Shown here piece by piece: positions 1 through 9,507 of a stretch of 64,000 nt of DNA (within the stretch, counting starts at the first letter, position 1; each line of letters opens with the position of its first letter). The notes beneath the pieces were generated by a model. The model was given only the letters and a program-made list of their open reading frames with translations, did no database searches and was not told the origin of the DNA. This stretch comes from Planctomycetota bacterium (lineage in GTDB: Bacteria; Planctomycetota; PLA2; JAEUHO01): the NCBI GenBank assembly GCA_050248855.1, contig JBFWRP010000001.1, forward strand, positions 251,419-315,418. The letters are read 5' to 3'. The position numbers were made by a program, and so were the translations under genes.

Positions 1-1581
1 CACGCGTCCCCGGGCGCGCACGGCTTCGCCATCGGGGCACACGACGCGGCCCACGACGCGCGCCAAGCCGCGACCGGATCCGTGGTTGACGATCGTCCAC
101 CCCTCGTCAGCCACTTGGATGTGCCGATGGAAGGTCGTGGCGGGATCATCGAGATCGGCAGCCAGGGCGAAGCTGACCCATGTGAGACCCGGATGCAGCC
201 GACCGATGGTGTAGCGGCCGTCCGCTCCCGTGGTCGTCTGCGCGATGAGATCGGTCAGCTGCGAGCTCGCACGCACGACCGCTCCCGCCACGGGCATGCC
301 GTCGGCGCCCCACACGGTTCCGCTGATGCCGACCTCCCCCAGCTTGACGCTGACCTCGGGACGCTCCGCGCCTCCCGTGGTCTGCGCCACGTAGAAGATG
401 CGGGACACGCCATCCCCCAGGTCCACGCCGACGTACCACGTACCCTGCTCGACGCTCTCGAAGCGGAAGCGGCCATCGCGACCTATGGGCATGCTCGTCT
501 GCGCGTCCTTGCCCACGGGGATCTGACCCGCGGTGGTGAACTGCCCGCCTTGCCAGAGCAGTCCCGTGCCCGTCAGGGGTTGGCCGTCGGCGTCGAGGAT
601 CATCCCCGTCACGACGTCGGGCGGCGACGTCGGACCGGTCGCCCCGGGTCCGTTCGCGGCCGGGTCACCGACGGCGGCGCCGGCACCTGTCGACGTGACG
701 GCCCCCGACTCGGCTCCGTTCCCTTCGTCCGCGTCGCCCGGCGCGTGTGCGTTGGCAGCACCTGCGTTGGCCGGCGTGCCGTGGAGCGTCGGCCCCGTCG
801 AAGGGAGCCCCTCCTCCTCGATGTCCGTCACGAGCCGGGACGGATCGTCATCCCGTTCCCGGTCGACGAGCAGCAGGCCCCCGGCGGCCGCGAGCAAGAC
901 CACGACGAGCACGAGGCCCAGCTTCTTCGTTCCTGCCATGCTCAATGCTCCCCACGTCGGGCGCGCGACGCTCGCGGCTCGTGTCGACGCCCGGCTCGCC
1001 GGCAGCAGGGCCAGCACGCCCGGTGCAACGCCGCCGGAGCGTCGCGGATCGGCACCCAGGTCCTTGCGCAGCTTGCCGAGCCCAAGCCGCAAGCGGCTCT
1101 TCACCGTGTCCAGCGGGACCTGGGTGCGGCTGGCGATCTGGCCGAGCGACAAGTCGGCTTGGTAGCGCAGCACGATCGCCGTCCGCTGCGGCTCCGGAAG
1201 TCGGCCGAGTGCGGCGGCAAGACGCCGCTGGATCTCGGCACGCTCGACTTGGTCCGCGACGGCCGGAACGCGCTCCGGGCGAGCCGCGGCCTCTTCACGA
1301 CGGCGTCGGCGCGTACCTGAGCGGTGCTGCTTCCACGCACAGGTTCGTGCGACGCGCGCCAACCAGCCCTTCGCGCTGTCGATGACCGCGGGGGCCTGCC
1401 CGACGGCAAGAAGCCACGTCTCTTGCGCGACGTCCTCCGCCCCCGCGGGGTCGCGGACGAGCGCAGAGGCGAGTCGACGCACGAACGGCTCGTGCTCCAG
1501 CAGTCGATCCAGCGAGTGCGTCGATGCGGGCAGGGGCAGACCTCCTCTTCCCAGGATCCCAAGCTTGGCGATCCGGGTCAC
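1..1581 (-). CDS. ECF sigma factor domains continuing in frame into a TM helix and two carboxypeptidase-regulatory-like domains. Partial: the 3' end lies beyond the window start.
   Basis: I translated the minus strand by hand in the 3k+1 triplet frame. The nearest upstream stop is at 1672-1674. Candidate starts are GTG 1581 or TTG 1587; there is no in-frame ATG. Sigma region 2 reads ...AEDVAQETWLLAV...GWLARVARTCAWKQHRSGTRRRRR. Region 4 reads LPEPQRTAIVLRYQADLSLGQIASRTQVPLDTVKSRLRLGLGKL. No stop follows. The frame continues through MAGTKKLGLVLVVVLLAAAGG (ATG at 939, with GGGGAG 8 nt upstream), then a Pro/Gly-rich linker, then two domains of the type GMILDADGQPLTG...DGRFRFESVEQGTWYVGV and SGTVWGADGMPVAGAVV...TTTGADGRYTIGRLHPGLTWV (CarboxypepD_reg-like). 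The ORF is missing from the supplied track, which seems to list only ORFs whose stop lies inside the window. Confidence 0.55.
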   Translation of the reverse strand, partial: MTRIAKLGILGRGGLPLPASTHSLDRLLEHEPFVRRLASALVRDPAGAEDVAQETWLLAVGQAPAVIDSAKGWLARVARTCAWKQHRSGTRRRRREEAAARPERVPAVADQVERAEIQRRLAAALGRLPEPQRTAIVLRYQADLSLGQIASRTQVPLDTVKSRLRLGLGKLRKDLGADPRRSGGVAPGVLALLPASRASTRAASVARPTWGALSMAGTKKLGLVLVVVLLAAAGGLLLVDRERDDDPSRLVTDIEEEGLPSTGPTLHGTPANAGAANAHAPGDADEGNGAESGAVTSTGAGAAVGDPAANGPGATGPTSPPDVVTGMILDADGQPLTGTGLLWQGGQFTTAGQIPVGKDAQTSMPIGRDGRFRFESVEQGTWYVGVDLGDGVSRIFYVAQTTGGAERPEVSVKLGEVGISGTVWGADGMPVAGAVVRASSQLTDLIAQTTTGADGRYTIGRLHPGLTWVSFALAADLDDPATTFHRHIQVADEGWTIVNHGSGRGLARVVGRVVCPDGEAVRARGRV

Positions 1582-1700
1582 TCCCAACGCCCGAGGGCGC
1601 CGCGAGGCCGTGGGCCCGGTGCCCGGGCTCCATGCGTTGCGTCCGCTGGATGGCGCGTGGCCGGAGGCCTAGAATCGCTGTTGGACGGTCGGGAGCACCC

Positions 1701-4700
1701 ATGGAGAAGAGCGAGGGCAGCGCGTCCGGCGAAGGTGGCGTGACGCCGCGGGGGACTTCGGGCCCTGCCTCGCGTGAGCTCGGCCACAGCGTGCTGCCGC
1801 GCCTCGAGCAGCAGACCGGCGGCCCCATCGGGGTGGATCTCGGGGCGGAGGGCACCCCGGAGCGCGGTGCCGGCGAGCGCACGGCGCGGTACGTGCTCCG
1901 CGGCGAGCTCGGGCGCGGCGGTGTCGGCGTCGTGCTGCAGGGCAACGACGTGGACCTGGGGCGCGAAGTCGCCATCAAGGTCCTGCGCGAGGAGTTCGAG
2001 AACCAACCCGATGTCGTGAAGCGCTTCGTGGAGGAGGCGCAGATCGGTGGGCAGCTCCAGCACCCCGGTGTCGTACCGGTCTACGACCTGGGCGTGGCCG
2101 ACGGGCGGCCGTTCTTCGCCATGCGACTGATCCGCGGCAGCGCCCTGGACGCCCTGCTGGCCCAGCGCGAGACCCCGGCCGTCGAGCGCAGGCGCTTCCT
2201 CGACATCTTCGAGAAGGTCTGCCAGACGGTGGCCTATGCCCACGCTCGCGGCGTGATCCATCGCGACCTGAAACCCGCGAACGTCATGGTCGGCCCATTC
2301 GGCGAAGTGCAGGTCGTGGACTGGGGCATGGGCAAGGTCATGGGAACCGGCCCCTCCGCCGACGCGTGTCCACCGACAGCCCACGGCGAGGAGCCGCGCA
2401 TCGAAACGGTGCGGACGGAGAGCACCGACACGCAGTCCGTGCTCGGCTCGATGATGGGTACGCCCGGCTACATGCCACCCGAGCAAGCCAAGGGCGAGCT
2501 GGGCGAGATCGACGAGCGCAGCGACGTGTTCGCCCTGGGCGCAATCCTCTTCGAGATCTTGGTGGGCGAGCCGCCTCAGGTGGGAACGCCCATGGAGCGC
2601 TTGCTGGCTGCGTACAAGTGGGAGGCCGAGGCCGCCCGCGCGCGCCTGCACGCCAGCCAGCCCGACCCCGAGCTGGAGTCGCTCGTACTGGCCTGCTTGG
2701 CCCGCCATCCCCAGGACCGACCGGCTTCGGCACAGGTCGTCGCGGAGGCCATCGCGACCCACTTGGCCGCCGTCGAGGAACGCGCGCATCGGGCGCAGGT
2801 CGAGGCTGCCGAGGCCAAGGCCAGCGAAGCCGAGGCAAGCGCTCGCGCTGCACGCGAGGAAGCCCGCGCCGAACAAGAGCGAGCCGAGGCCGAACAGGCG
2901 CGGCTGCGTGCCGAGGGCGAACGCAAGCGTCGTCGCGCAGCGGTCATGCTGACCCTGGCGTTGGCGGTCGGTGCGGCAGGCACCACGGTCGGCATGCTTC
3001 TCGCCAACGACCAGCGTGCCGCGGCCGAGCGCGCCCAACAGGCCGAGCAGCAGCGGGCGCAGGGCGAAAGCGAAGCCAGGGAAGAGGCCACCAAGCGCCT
3101 GGCCCAAGTGCAGAAGGGCATCGAGATCCTCGGCGCGGTGTTCGGCAACCTCGATCCGAGCGAGGTGGCCGAGAGCGGCCTGCCGCTCCAGTCCCTTCTC
3201 GCCGAGCAGCTGGATCGCGCCGCCGACGAGCTCCAGGGCGATGCCGCCGGCGATCCGCGCGACGTCTTCCGTCTCCAGATGACCCTGGCCAGCTCACTGC
3301 AGGGCCTGGGCGAGTTCGACCGCTCCCTCGAGCTCCTGGCGCGTGCTCGAGGGCTCGCCGAGTCCGAGCTCTCCGACCAGCCGCTCCTGCGCCTGGAGGT
3401 CCTCCAGGCCATGGCTGTCGTCCTTACGTCCCGGGAGCGGGGCGAGGAGGCCCTCGCGCTTCTCGACGACGCGGAGGAGCTCGCGCGTAGCGAGCTCGGA
3501 CCGGATGACCCTCGCACGTGGCGTCTGGTCGCCAACCGCGGAGGCACGCTCCGCGACCTCCACCGGACGGCGGAGGCCAGGGACGTCCTGGAGCGGGCGC
3601 TCGCCGAGCTCCGCCGTTTGGACGGTCCCGGCGCCAAGGCCACGATCCTCTGCCAGAACAACTTGGCAGCAGCCTACGTCGACGACGGCGAGCACGCGGC
3701 AGCTCATGCGCTGTACGTGGACGCGCTCGCCACGTGCCAATCCCGAATCGGCGCCAAGCACCCCACGACCTTGCTGCTGCGCTGCAACGTCATCAACACA
3801 CTCGAGTCGCTCGGACGGCTCGAGGAGGCGGTGCGGGAGGGCGAGGCGGCCCTGCTCGAAGGACGGGAGGCCTGGGGCCCGGAGAGCCACTACACGGTGA
3901 TGATCGAGGAGTCGCTGCTACGCGCGTGTCGCAGCGCGGGCATGGAGGAGCGGGCGTACGAGCTGCTCACCCACGTCCTTGCGTGGACGGAGCGGCGGCT
4001 GGGCGCAGATCACTGGCGAACCTTGCGGGCCCTGGGCCAGCTGGGTCATTGCGAGTACAAGCTGGGCCGCTACGACGCGGCGGCTGGCCGCTACAAGGAG
4101 CTTGCGGCTCGCCACGAGCGCCTGCGGGGGCCCGACGACGACAGCACGCTGACGGCGCGTGCCGAGTACGCACAGAACCTCCACCACGGGGGCCAGACGG
4201 CCGAGGCACGGCGGGTCCTCGAGGACCTGTGGCGCCACGCCGCGGCGCACCCGGCGCTGCTCGTCCACATGATGACGCTGGCCGAGCTCATGGAGCGGCT
4301 CGGCGACGGCTCCGGTGCCCTGGGCGTGCTGGAGGAGAGCCTGGCCCTCGCACGAGCAAAGCTCGGACCTGACCACGAGACCACGCTCCAGCTCATGGAC
4401 AGGCAGGCCAGCGGGTTGTACCGCGCGGGCAAGCCGAGCAAGTCCATCCCCCTCTACGAAGAGCTGCTGGCGGCCCAGCGCAGCTGGCCGAACGGGCCGC
4501 ACCCGCGTCTGGTCAACACGCTGTTGAACCTCGGCGCATGCTACCGGGCGGCCGGCCGCGTCCAGGCCGGACGGAAGGTCTACGCCGAGGCCGTACGCCT
4601 CTGCGAGGCCGATGCGACGTTGTTGGACGAGGCGGAGAGCGGCTTTCTGCACATGGTGGCCTCCGCCTACGCGGCCCTCGATCGTCCCGACGACGAGCTG

Positions 4701-5477
4701 GCCATGCTCCGGCGACTGGTCGCGCGGCTCGAGAAGGAGATGGACGGTCGGGCGGGCGACGCCGCCTTGAACCAGGCCCGCTCGCGCCTGGGCGCCTCGC
4801 TGTTCCAACGCGGTCGTCTCGAGGAAGCCATTCCGATCTTCGAGACCGTGCTCGCCGAGCAGGAGCGCATCCTCGGGGCCGAAAGCATGGACACCGTCCG
4901 AACGATGGGCAATCTCGGTACATGCCACCTGGAGGCAGGCCACTTCGATGCGGCCATTCCCCTGTTGGAGGTCGTCGTGGCCCGGCGCAAGGAGGACCCG
5001 CGGGGGCTTGCCGTCGTCGGGTCCTTGGCCATGGCCTTGCAGGAAACCGGCCAGCCAGGCAAGGCGGCGGATGTGCTGCGCGAGACGTTGGCCGAGGTCC
5101 GCTCCGTGCTACCTCCAGGCCACCCCGCGCTCGGCAACCACCTGTCCCAGCTGGGCATGGCCCTGCTCGACCTCGGGGACTTCGCCGGCGCCGACGTCGT
5201 CCTGACGGAGTGCCTGGCGCTGCGCGAGAAGCTGGATCCGGAGGCTTGGTCGCTGTTCAACGCGCGCTCGTTGTTGGGTGCCGCCCGGCTGGGGCTTGGC
5301 AAGACCGAGGAGGCCGAGCCGCTCCTGCGCGAGGGCTACGCCGGCCTCTTGGCCCGCCGCGACCAGATCCCCGCGGTCGCCGCGAAGCGCGTAGACGAAG
5401 CCCGCACACGTCTCGTCAAGCTCTACCGGACCACGGGTCGCGACGCAGAGGCGGACGCGCTCGAGCCTTCGCGGTGA
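1701..5477 (+). CDS. Ser/Thr protein kinase with coiled coil, one TM helix and a long C-terminal TPR-repeat region
   Basis: ORF 1524..5477 is trimmed to ATG 1701 (MEKSEG), which has GGGAG 5 nt upstream. Kinase motifs are LGRGGVGVV, AIKVL, HRDLKPANVMV, DWGMGK and GTPGYMPPE. An Ala/Glu-rich coiled coil follows, then the TM segment AAVMLTLALAVGAAGTTVGMLLA, then about 800 aa of TPR-like repeats. It is divergent from the ECF sigma ORF at 1..1581. Confidence 0.8.
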   Translation: MEKSEGSASGEGGVTPRGTSGPASRELGHSVLPRLEQQTGGPIGVDLGAEGTPERGAGERTARYVLRGELGRGGVGVVLQGNDVDLGREVAIKVLREEFENQPDVVKRFVEEAQIGGQLQHPGVVPVYDLGVADGRPFFAMRLIRGSALDALLAQRETPAVERRRFLDIFEKVCQTVAYAHARGVIHRDLKPANVMVGPFGEVQVVDWGMGKVMGTGPSADACPPTAHGEEPRIETVRTESTDTQSVLGSMMGTPGYMPPEQAKGELGEIDERSDVFALGAILFEILVGEPPQVGTPMERLLAAYKWEAEAARARLHASQPDPELESLVLACLARHPQDRPASAQVVAEAIATHLAAVEERAHRAQVEAAEAKASEAEASARAAREEARAEQERAEAEQARLRAEGERKRRRAAVMLTLALAVGAAGTTVGMLLANDQRAAAERAQQAEQQRAQGESEAREEATKRLAQVQKGIEILGAVFGNLDPSEVAESGLPLQSLLAEQLDRAADELQGDAAGDPRDVFRLQMTLASSLQGLGEFDRSLELLARARGLAESELSDQPLLRLEVLQAMAVVLTSRERGEEALALLDDAEELARSELGPDDPRTWRLVANRGGTLRDLHRTAEARDVLERALAELRRLDGPGAKATILCQNNLAAAYVDDGEHAAAHALYVDALATCQSRIGAKHPTTLLLRCNVINTLESLGRLEEAVREGEAALLEGREAWGPESHYTVMIEESLLRACRSAGMEERAYELLTHVLAWTERRLGADHWRTLRALGQLGHCEYKLGRYDAAAGRYKELAARHERLRGPDDDSTLTARAEYAQNLHHGGQTAEARRVLEDLWRHAAAHPALLVHMMTLAELMERLGDGSGALGVLEESLALARAKLGPDHETTLQLMDRQASGLYRAGKPSKSIPLYEELLAAQRSWPNGPHPRLVNTLLNLGACYRAAGRVQAGRKVYAEAVRLCEADATLLDEAESGFLHMVASAYAALDRPDDELAMLRRLVARLEKEMDGRAGDAALNQARSRLGASLFQRGRLEEAIPIFETVLAEQERILGAESMDTVRTMGNLGTCHLEAGHFDAAIPLLEVVVARRKEDPRGLAVVGSLAMALQETGQPGKAADVLRETLAEVRSVLPPGHPALGNHLSQLGMALLDLGDFAGADVVLTECLALREKLDPEAWSLFNARSLLGAARLGLGKTEEAEPLLREGYAGLLARRDQIPAVAAKRVDEARTRLVKLYRTTGRDAEADALEPSR

Positions 5478-5514
5478 CGGGTCCTGCGCCTCCGCCGCTC
5501 CAAGGCGTTCGCCT

Positions 5515-5985
5515 TCAGTGCCCGAAGCCGGTCCAGCCGGGCAGCTTGGACGACTGCTTGATCCAGCGCACGAGCCGGGTCTCGTCCACGTCCTCGCCCT
5601 CGTGCAGGTGCACGTAGCGCGTGGCGTCGTGCTTGGACTCGACGGGCGGCGGCGGCTCGAGTGACGTTCCGTTGAAGAACGCGACCTTCACGTACTTCGT
5701 GATGCAGTGCATGCTCATGAACCAGCCGTGCTCCGCCGTGCCATAGAACGGCGAGTTCCATCGCACGGCCTTCTGCAGCCCGGGCACGTGGCGCACGGCC
5801 AGCTCGTCAAGCAGTCGCCCGATGTCCTGCTTCCACCCCGGCATGGCGGCGAGGTAGGCCTCCACGACCTCGGGACCATCGCCCTTGCCGATCTGCGGGT
5901 TGCCGCCGGAGAGCAAGCGAACCTTGGCGGACGCGGGCTCCGTGCGTCGAGAGCCTCTGGGGCGGGTCGGCTTCTTCTGCGGCAT
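5515..5985 (-). CDS. DUF1801/YdhG-like domain protein
   Basis: ORF 5515..6207 is trimmed to the internal ATG at 5985 (MPQKKPTRPRG...). The C-terminal region ...PFYGTAEHGWFMSMHCITKYVKVAFFNGTSLEPPPP...ATRYVHLHEGEDVDETRLVRWIKQS is typical of the YdhG/DUF1801 family. It is convergent with the kinase stop. Confidence 0.55.
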   Translation of the reverse strand: MPQKKPTRPRGSRRTEPASAKVRLLSGGNPQIGKGDGPEVVEAYLAAMPGWKQDIGRLLDELAVRHVPGLQKAVRWNSPFYGTAEHGWFMSMHCITKYVKVAFFNGTSLEPPPPVESKHDATRYVHLHEGEDVDETRLVRWIKQSSKLPGWTGFGH

Positions 5986-6179
5986 CGGAGGGCACGTCTC
6001 CTCGTCCGGGGTGGCCCCGACAGAGCATCGCACGAAGGCGCACCCGCCGCGCTCCGGGCTCCGCCTGCGCGTGTGATGAAGATCCGATGGGGACGGTGAC
6101 CCCGCCCTGCCCGGCAGCATCGGTTGGGCGAGCGCGGCGTACGAAACTGGTGGGTCCCCTGCGAGCGCGAGGTGACGCC

Positions 6180-8159
6180 ATGCCCAATGTCCCGTCCAGC
6201 AGCGCACAGAACGGATCTCGGATGGGTGCCGTGTCCACGGGCCGAAGCGTCGAGCCCGTCGGGATGGAACCGCCGCCCTCCGCGCCAGCTTCGGGGCTCG
6301 GGGACGTGGCCCTGCGCCTCCAGGCGCTGCTCGATCGGATCGTTGCCGCCGAAGCGGGCCTGGAGGCGGAGCTCGCTCGCGTTGCGCCGGACCGCCTGGC
6401 CAGCGCGCGCAACCTCATCCACTACGTGGCGCTGCGCCAGGTGGACTTGCGGCCGCTCCAGGACGACCTGCTGCGCCGGGGACTCTCCTCCCTCGGACGC
6501 TGCGAGGCCAACGTGCACGCCACGTTGGACGCGCTGCTCGAGATCCTCGGGAGGTTGGCTCCGGACACGGTGACGCCGTCGTCGCGACCGGTCGAAGTCG
6601 GCTTCGATCGCGGTCGCGAGCTGTTGGACCGCTCGACCGTCGACCTGTTCGGCCAGCGACCGGTGCATGGCGGCGCGCACATCATGGTCACGATGCCCAG
6701 CGAGGCGGCCGACGACCACGCCCTCGTCAGCGACCTGTTGGCCCAGGGCATGGACTGCATGCGCGTGAACTGCGCGCACGACGACGCGATCGCCTGGACA
6801 CGCATGATCGAAAGCCTGCGCCGCGCCGAGGCCGAGCAGGGGCGAGCGTGTCGCGTGCTGATGGACCTCCCGGGACCGAAGCTGCGTACGGGGCCCCTCG
6901 AGCCGGGGCCCGCCGTGCGCAAGTGGCGCCCGCGGCGTGACTCCTCAGGTCGCCTCCTGGCGCCGGCGCGCATCTGGATCCACGCGGAGGGTCGCGCGAC
7001 GACCCCGCCCCTTCCGGCGGACGCCTCCCTTCCCGTGGGCGGCCCCCTGCCCGCGGACCTGGCACTCGGCGAAGAGCTGGTCCTCGAAGATGCCGGCGGC
7101 CGCAAGCGCCACCTGCGCCTCGTCGAGGCTGGCCACGGCGGCTGGTGGGCCGAGTGCTCGAAGACGGCCTACGTGACACCTGGCACGCCGCTGCATCGTG
7201 GAGCCTCCAACGGCAAGCGGGGCCGCGTCTTCGCGCGCGTCGGCTCGCTGCCGCCCACCGAGCAGTTCCTGACGCTTCGCCGGGGTGACGTGCTGCTGCT
7301 CGGGGATGACTGCAAGCTGGGTTCCCCCGCACGCTACGACGAGCACGGCTCGATCGTGCGGCCCGCCACGATCGGCTGCACGTTGCCGGAGGTGTTCGGC
7401 TTCCTCAAGCGCGGGGAGCGCGTGTTGTTCGACGACGGCAAGATCGGTGCGGTCGTGCGCGAGGTCCACGCGCGTCATGCCGTGCTGGACGTCGTGACCG
7501 CAGGCGCCAAGGGCACCAAGCTGCGCGCGGACAAGGGCATCAACCTGCCGGACAGCGACGTCCGCTTGGACGCCCTCACACCCCAGGACCTGGACGACCT
7601 CTCCTTTGCCGTCGAGCATGCGGACATGGTCGGGATGTCGTTCGTGCGGCGAACCGCCGATGTCGAGCGTCTCCACGAGGAGCTGGCGCGCCGCGGCCGG
7701 CCCGACATGCCGATCGTGCTCAAGATCGAGAACCGCCAAGCCTTCGAGGGCCTGCCGTCGCTGCTCCTCGCTGCCATGCGCAGCCCGACCAGCGGCGTGA
7801 TGATCGCGCGCGGCGACTTGGCCGTGGAGATCGGCTGGCAGCGCTTGGCCGAGGTCCAGGAGGAGATCCTCTGGATGTGCGAAGCAGCGCACATGCCCGT
7901 GGTGTGGGCCACGCAAGTCCTCGAGACGCTTGCCAAGACGGGCACACCGTCTCGCGCCGAGATCACGGACGCCGCCATGGGCGTCCGCGCCGAGTGCGTC
8001 ATGCTCAACAAGGGCCCGCACGTCGTCGAGGCGGTACGCGTGCTGGGCGACATCCTGCGGCGCATGAAGGACCACCAGGTCAAGAAGCGACCCCTCCTGC
8101 GTCGGCTGCACCTGGCCGACGGACTGCGCGGTGCCCCGGAGGCCAAGCACCCCTCCTGA
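6180..8159 (+). CDS. Atypical pyruvate kinase family protein with an N-terminal extension and an enlarged B/cap region
   Basis: ATG at 6180 (MPNVPSS) has GAGGTG 5 nt upstream. Pyruvate kinase signatures are MVTMPSEA...GMDCMRVNCAHDD, LMDLPGPKLRTG, VLKIENRQAFEGL and MIARGDLAVEIGWQRLAEVQEEILWMCEAAHMPVVWATQVLETL...SRAEITDAAMGVRAECVMLNKGPH. It is about 180 aa longer than a canonical pyruvate kinase. Confidence 0.6.
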   Translation: MPNVPSSSAQNGSRMGAVSTGRSVEPVGMEPPPSAPASGLGDVALRLQALLDRIVAAEAGLEAELARVAPDRLASARNLIHYVALRQVDLRPLQDDLLRRGLSSLGRCEANVHATLDALLEILGRLAPDTVTPSSRPVEVGFDRGRELLDRSTVDLFGQRPVHGGAHIMVTMPSEAADDHALVSDLLAQGMDCMRVNCAHDDAIAWTRMIESLRRAEAEQGRACRVLMDLPGPKLRTGPLEPGPAVRKWRPRRDSSGRLLAPARIWIHAEGRATTPPLPADASLPVGGPLPADLALGEELVLEDAGGRKRHLRLVEAGHGGWWAECSKTAYVTPGTPLHRGASNGKRGRVFARVGSLPPTEQFLTLRRGDVLLLGDDCKLGSPARYDEHGSIVRPATIGCTLPEVFGFLKRGERVLFDDGKIGAVVREVHARHAVLDVVTAGAKGTKLRADKGINLPDSDVRLDALTPQDLDDLSFAVEHADMVGMSFVRRTADVERLHEELARRGRPDMPIVLKIENRQAFEGLPSLLLAAMRSPTSGVMIARGDLAVEIGWQRLAEVQEEILWMCEAAHMPVVWATQVLETLAKTGTPSRAEITDAAMGVRAECVMLNKGPHVVEAVRVLGDILRRMKDHQVKKRPLLRRLHLADGLRGAPEAKHPS

Positions 8160-8361
8160 CGGCCTGCCGTCAATCCCCTTGGCTCGGGACGGCGGCGGGG
8201 CGCGGTACCGTAGCGGCGAGGTCGTGCCACCCGGGCGCACCTGCAGGAGCCAGCATGCGCGCGCCGCCCTCGATCCCGCCGGCCCAGCCGGGCTCCAAGC
8301 GTCCGGACCGGCGAAGGAGGCCGTCGCAGGAGCGATCCGAGGTGGATGGGGTCGGCTCCCC

Positions 8362-9507
8362 GTGAGCCGCCCGACACGCCCCGTTCCCCTGGCTGCGCTG
8401 GCGGTCACGCTGGTGCTCGCCGCGTGCGGCAGCCGGGACGAGCGAAGCCGCGAGAAGGGGCTCGAGGCCGTGGCCCGGGCCCGCGCCGCGCAGGCCGAGC
8501 TCGCCGTCGCGGACGCGCGCGATCACGACGTGTTGGCGGCGTGGTTGCAGGGGGCCACGGCGCGCGGCGCACCCGCTTGGCCGGCGTGGCGATCCGCGGC
8601 GCTGGAGCGGATCGCCCAGGATCGCTCCGGCTACCAGGCGCTGTCCGATGCCCTCCAGGAGGTGCGCGCGGCGCACGCCGCCAGCGGCAATGCCGCCGAG
8701 CGCGAGCAGCTGACCCAGCGCATGGGCAGCGTGCCGCTCCGTGCCGAGCTCGGACGCCTGCTCGGAAGCGACAAGGGCCTGCCCGGTCTCCTGACCGAGG
8801 CCGCCGCGCTGCTCGACGCCACACCCGATGCGCCATCCTTGTTCGGGCAGCCGACGGCCGGACACGCTTCGGCTGTGCGCAAGGTGGCCGGCATCTACGC
8901 GGCCCTGGCCACGCAGCGCGGGTCGACGCTCGCGAGCCTGGCACCGCCGTTGGCTCGATCCCTCACGCTCGCCTACCCGGTGCCCGTCCCCGAGGCCTTC
9001 GCCGGCCATGCCTCCTCGCTCGGTCTCGCGGGCCTGGGCGAGGGCGGCGAACCCGTCCTGTTGTTCCCGAACGCCGGCTACGTCTTCGGCGGCGTGCCCC
9101 AGGGCAGCGTGAACCGCGGCATGGAGTGCGGTGCCTTCGTGTCCTGGGTGCATCGCCTGCGCATGGCCTGGTGGTCCGGTGGGCTCGAGGCCGTCGCGCT
9201 GGCGCGCCAAGCGGGCAAGCTCCCCGAGGACGCACCCGACTGGTTGAAGAGCGGCTGGGGCACGTTCGAGCTGGTCGCCCGGGAGGCGCCGCTGCGTCCG
9301 GGTGACATCGTCGTCTGGCGCTGGGACGCGGACGACGGGGAACGCGTGGGCCACGTCGCGCTGTGCATCGAGACCCCCGACGACGCGGCGTCCTTCCTGG
9401 GCCTGGAGACCTGTCGTCTCGACGACGGTTCCCGGGAAGGCATCGTCGAGCGCCGCCACGCCCTCCACGTGCCGGGACGCACCACCTGGGTGCTGCGCGT
9501 GCGATGA
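8362..9507 (+). CDS. Lipoprotein with a C-terminal NlpC/P60-like cysteine peptidase domain
   Basis: GTG at 8362 gives VSRPTRPVPLAALAVTLVLAAC, an n-region, h-region and lipobox LAAC. The C-terminal ECGAFVSWVH ... PGDIVVWRWDADDGERVGHVALCIE resembles the Cys...His core of NlpC/P60 (DCSGFV ... GDLVFF...HVGIY). Confidence 0.55.
   Translation: MSRPTRPVPLAALAVTLVLAACGSRDERSREKGLEAVARARAAQAELAVADARDHDVLAAWLQGATARGAPAWPAWRSAALERIAQDRSGYQALSDALQEVRAAHAASGNAAEREQLTQRMGSVPLRAELGRLLGSDKGLPGLLTEAAALLDATPDAPSLFGQPTAGHASAVRKVAGIYAALATQRGSTLASLAPPLARSLTLAYPVPVPEAFAGHASSLGLAGLGEGGEPVLLFPNAGYVFGGVPQGSVNRGMECGAFVSWVHRLRMAWWSGGLEAVALARQAGKLPEDAPDWLKSGWGTFELVAREAPLRPGDIVVWRWDADDGERVGHVALCIETPDDAASFLGLETCRLDDGSREGIVERRHALHVPGRTTWVLRVR

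Noticed and set aside
82-1385. Plus-strand ORFs 82..1320, 533..1165 and 747..1385 (Arg/Ala/Pro-rich)
   Set aside because: They are antisense to a minus-strand ORF with clear ECF sigma and CarboxypepD_reg-like domain signatures. Their composition is typical of GC-rich antisense artefacts.
1578-5302. Minus-strand ORFs overlapping the first kinase (1578..3107, 2576..3661, 3918..4943, 4667..5302)
   Set aside because: The plus-strand frame carries unambiguous kinase and TPR motifs. The overlapping ORFs are low-complexity Arg/Ala/Pro translations of the opposite strand.
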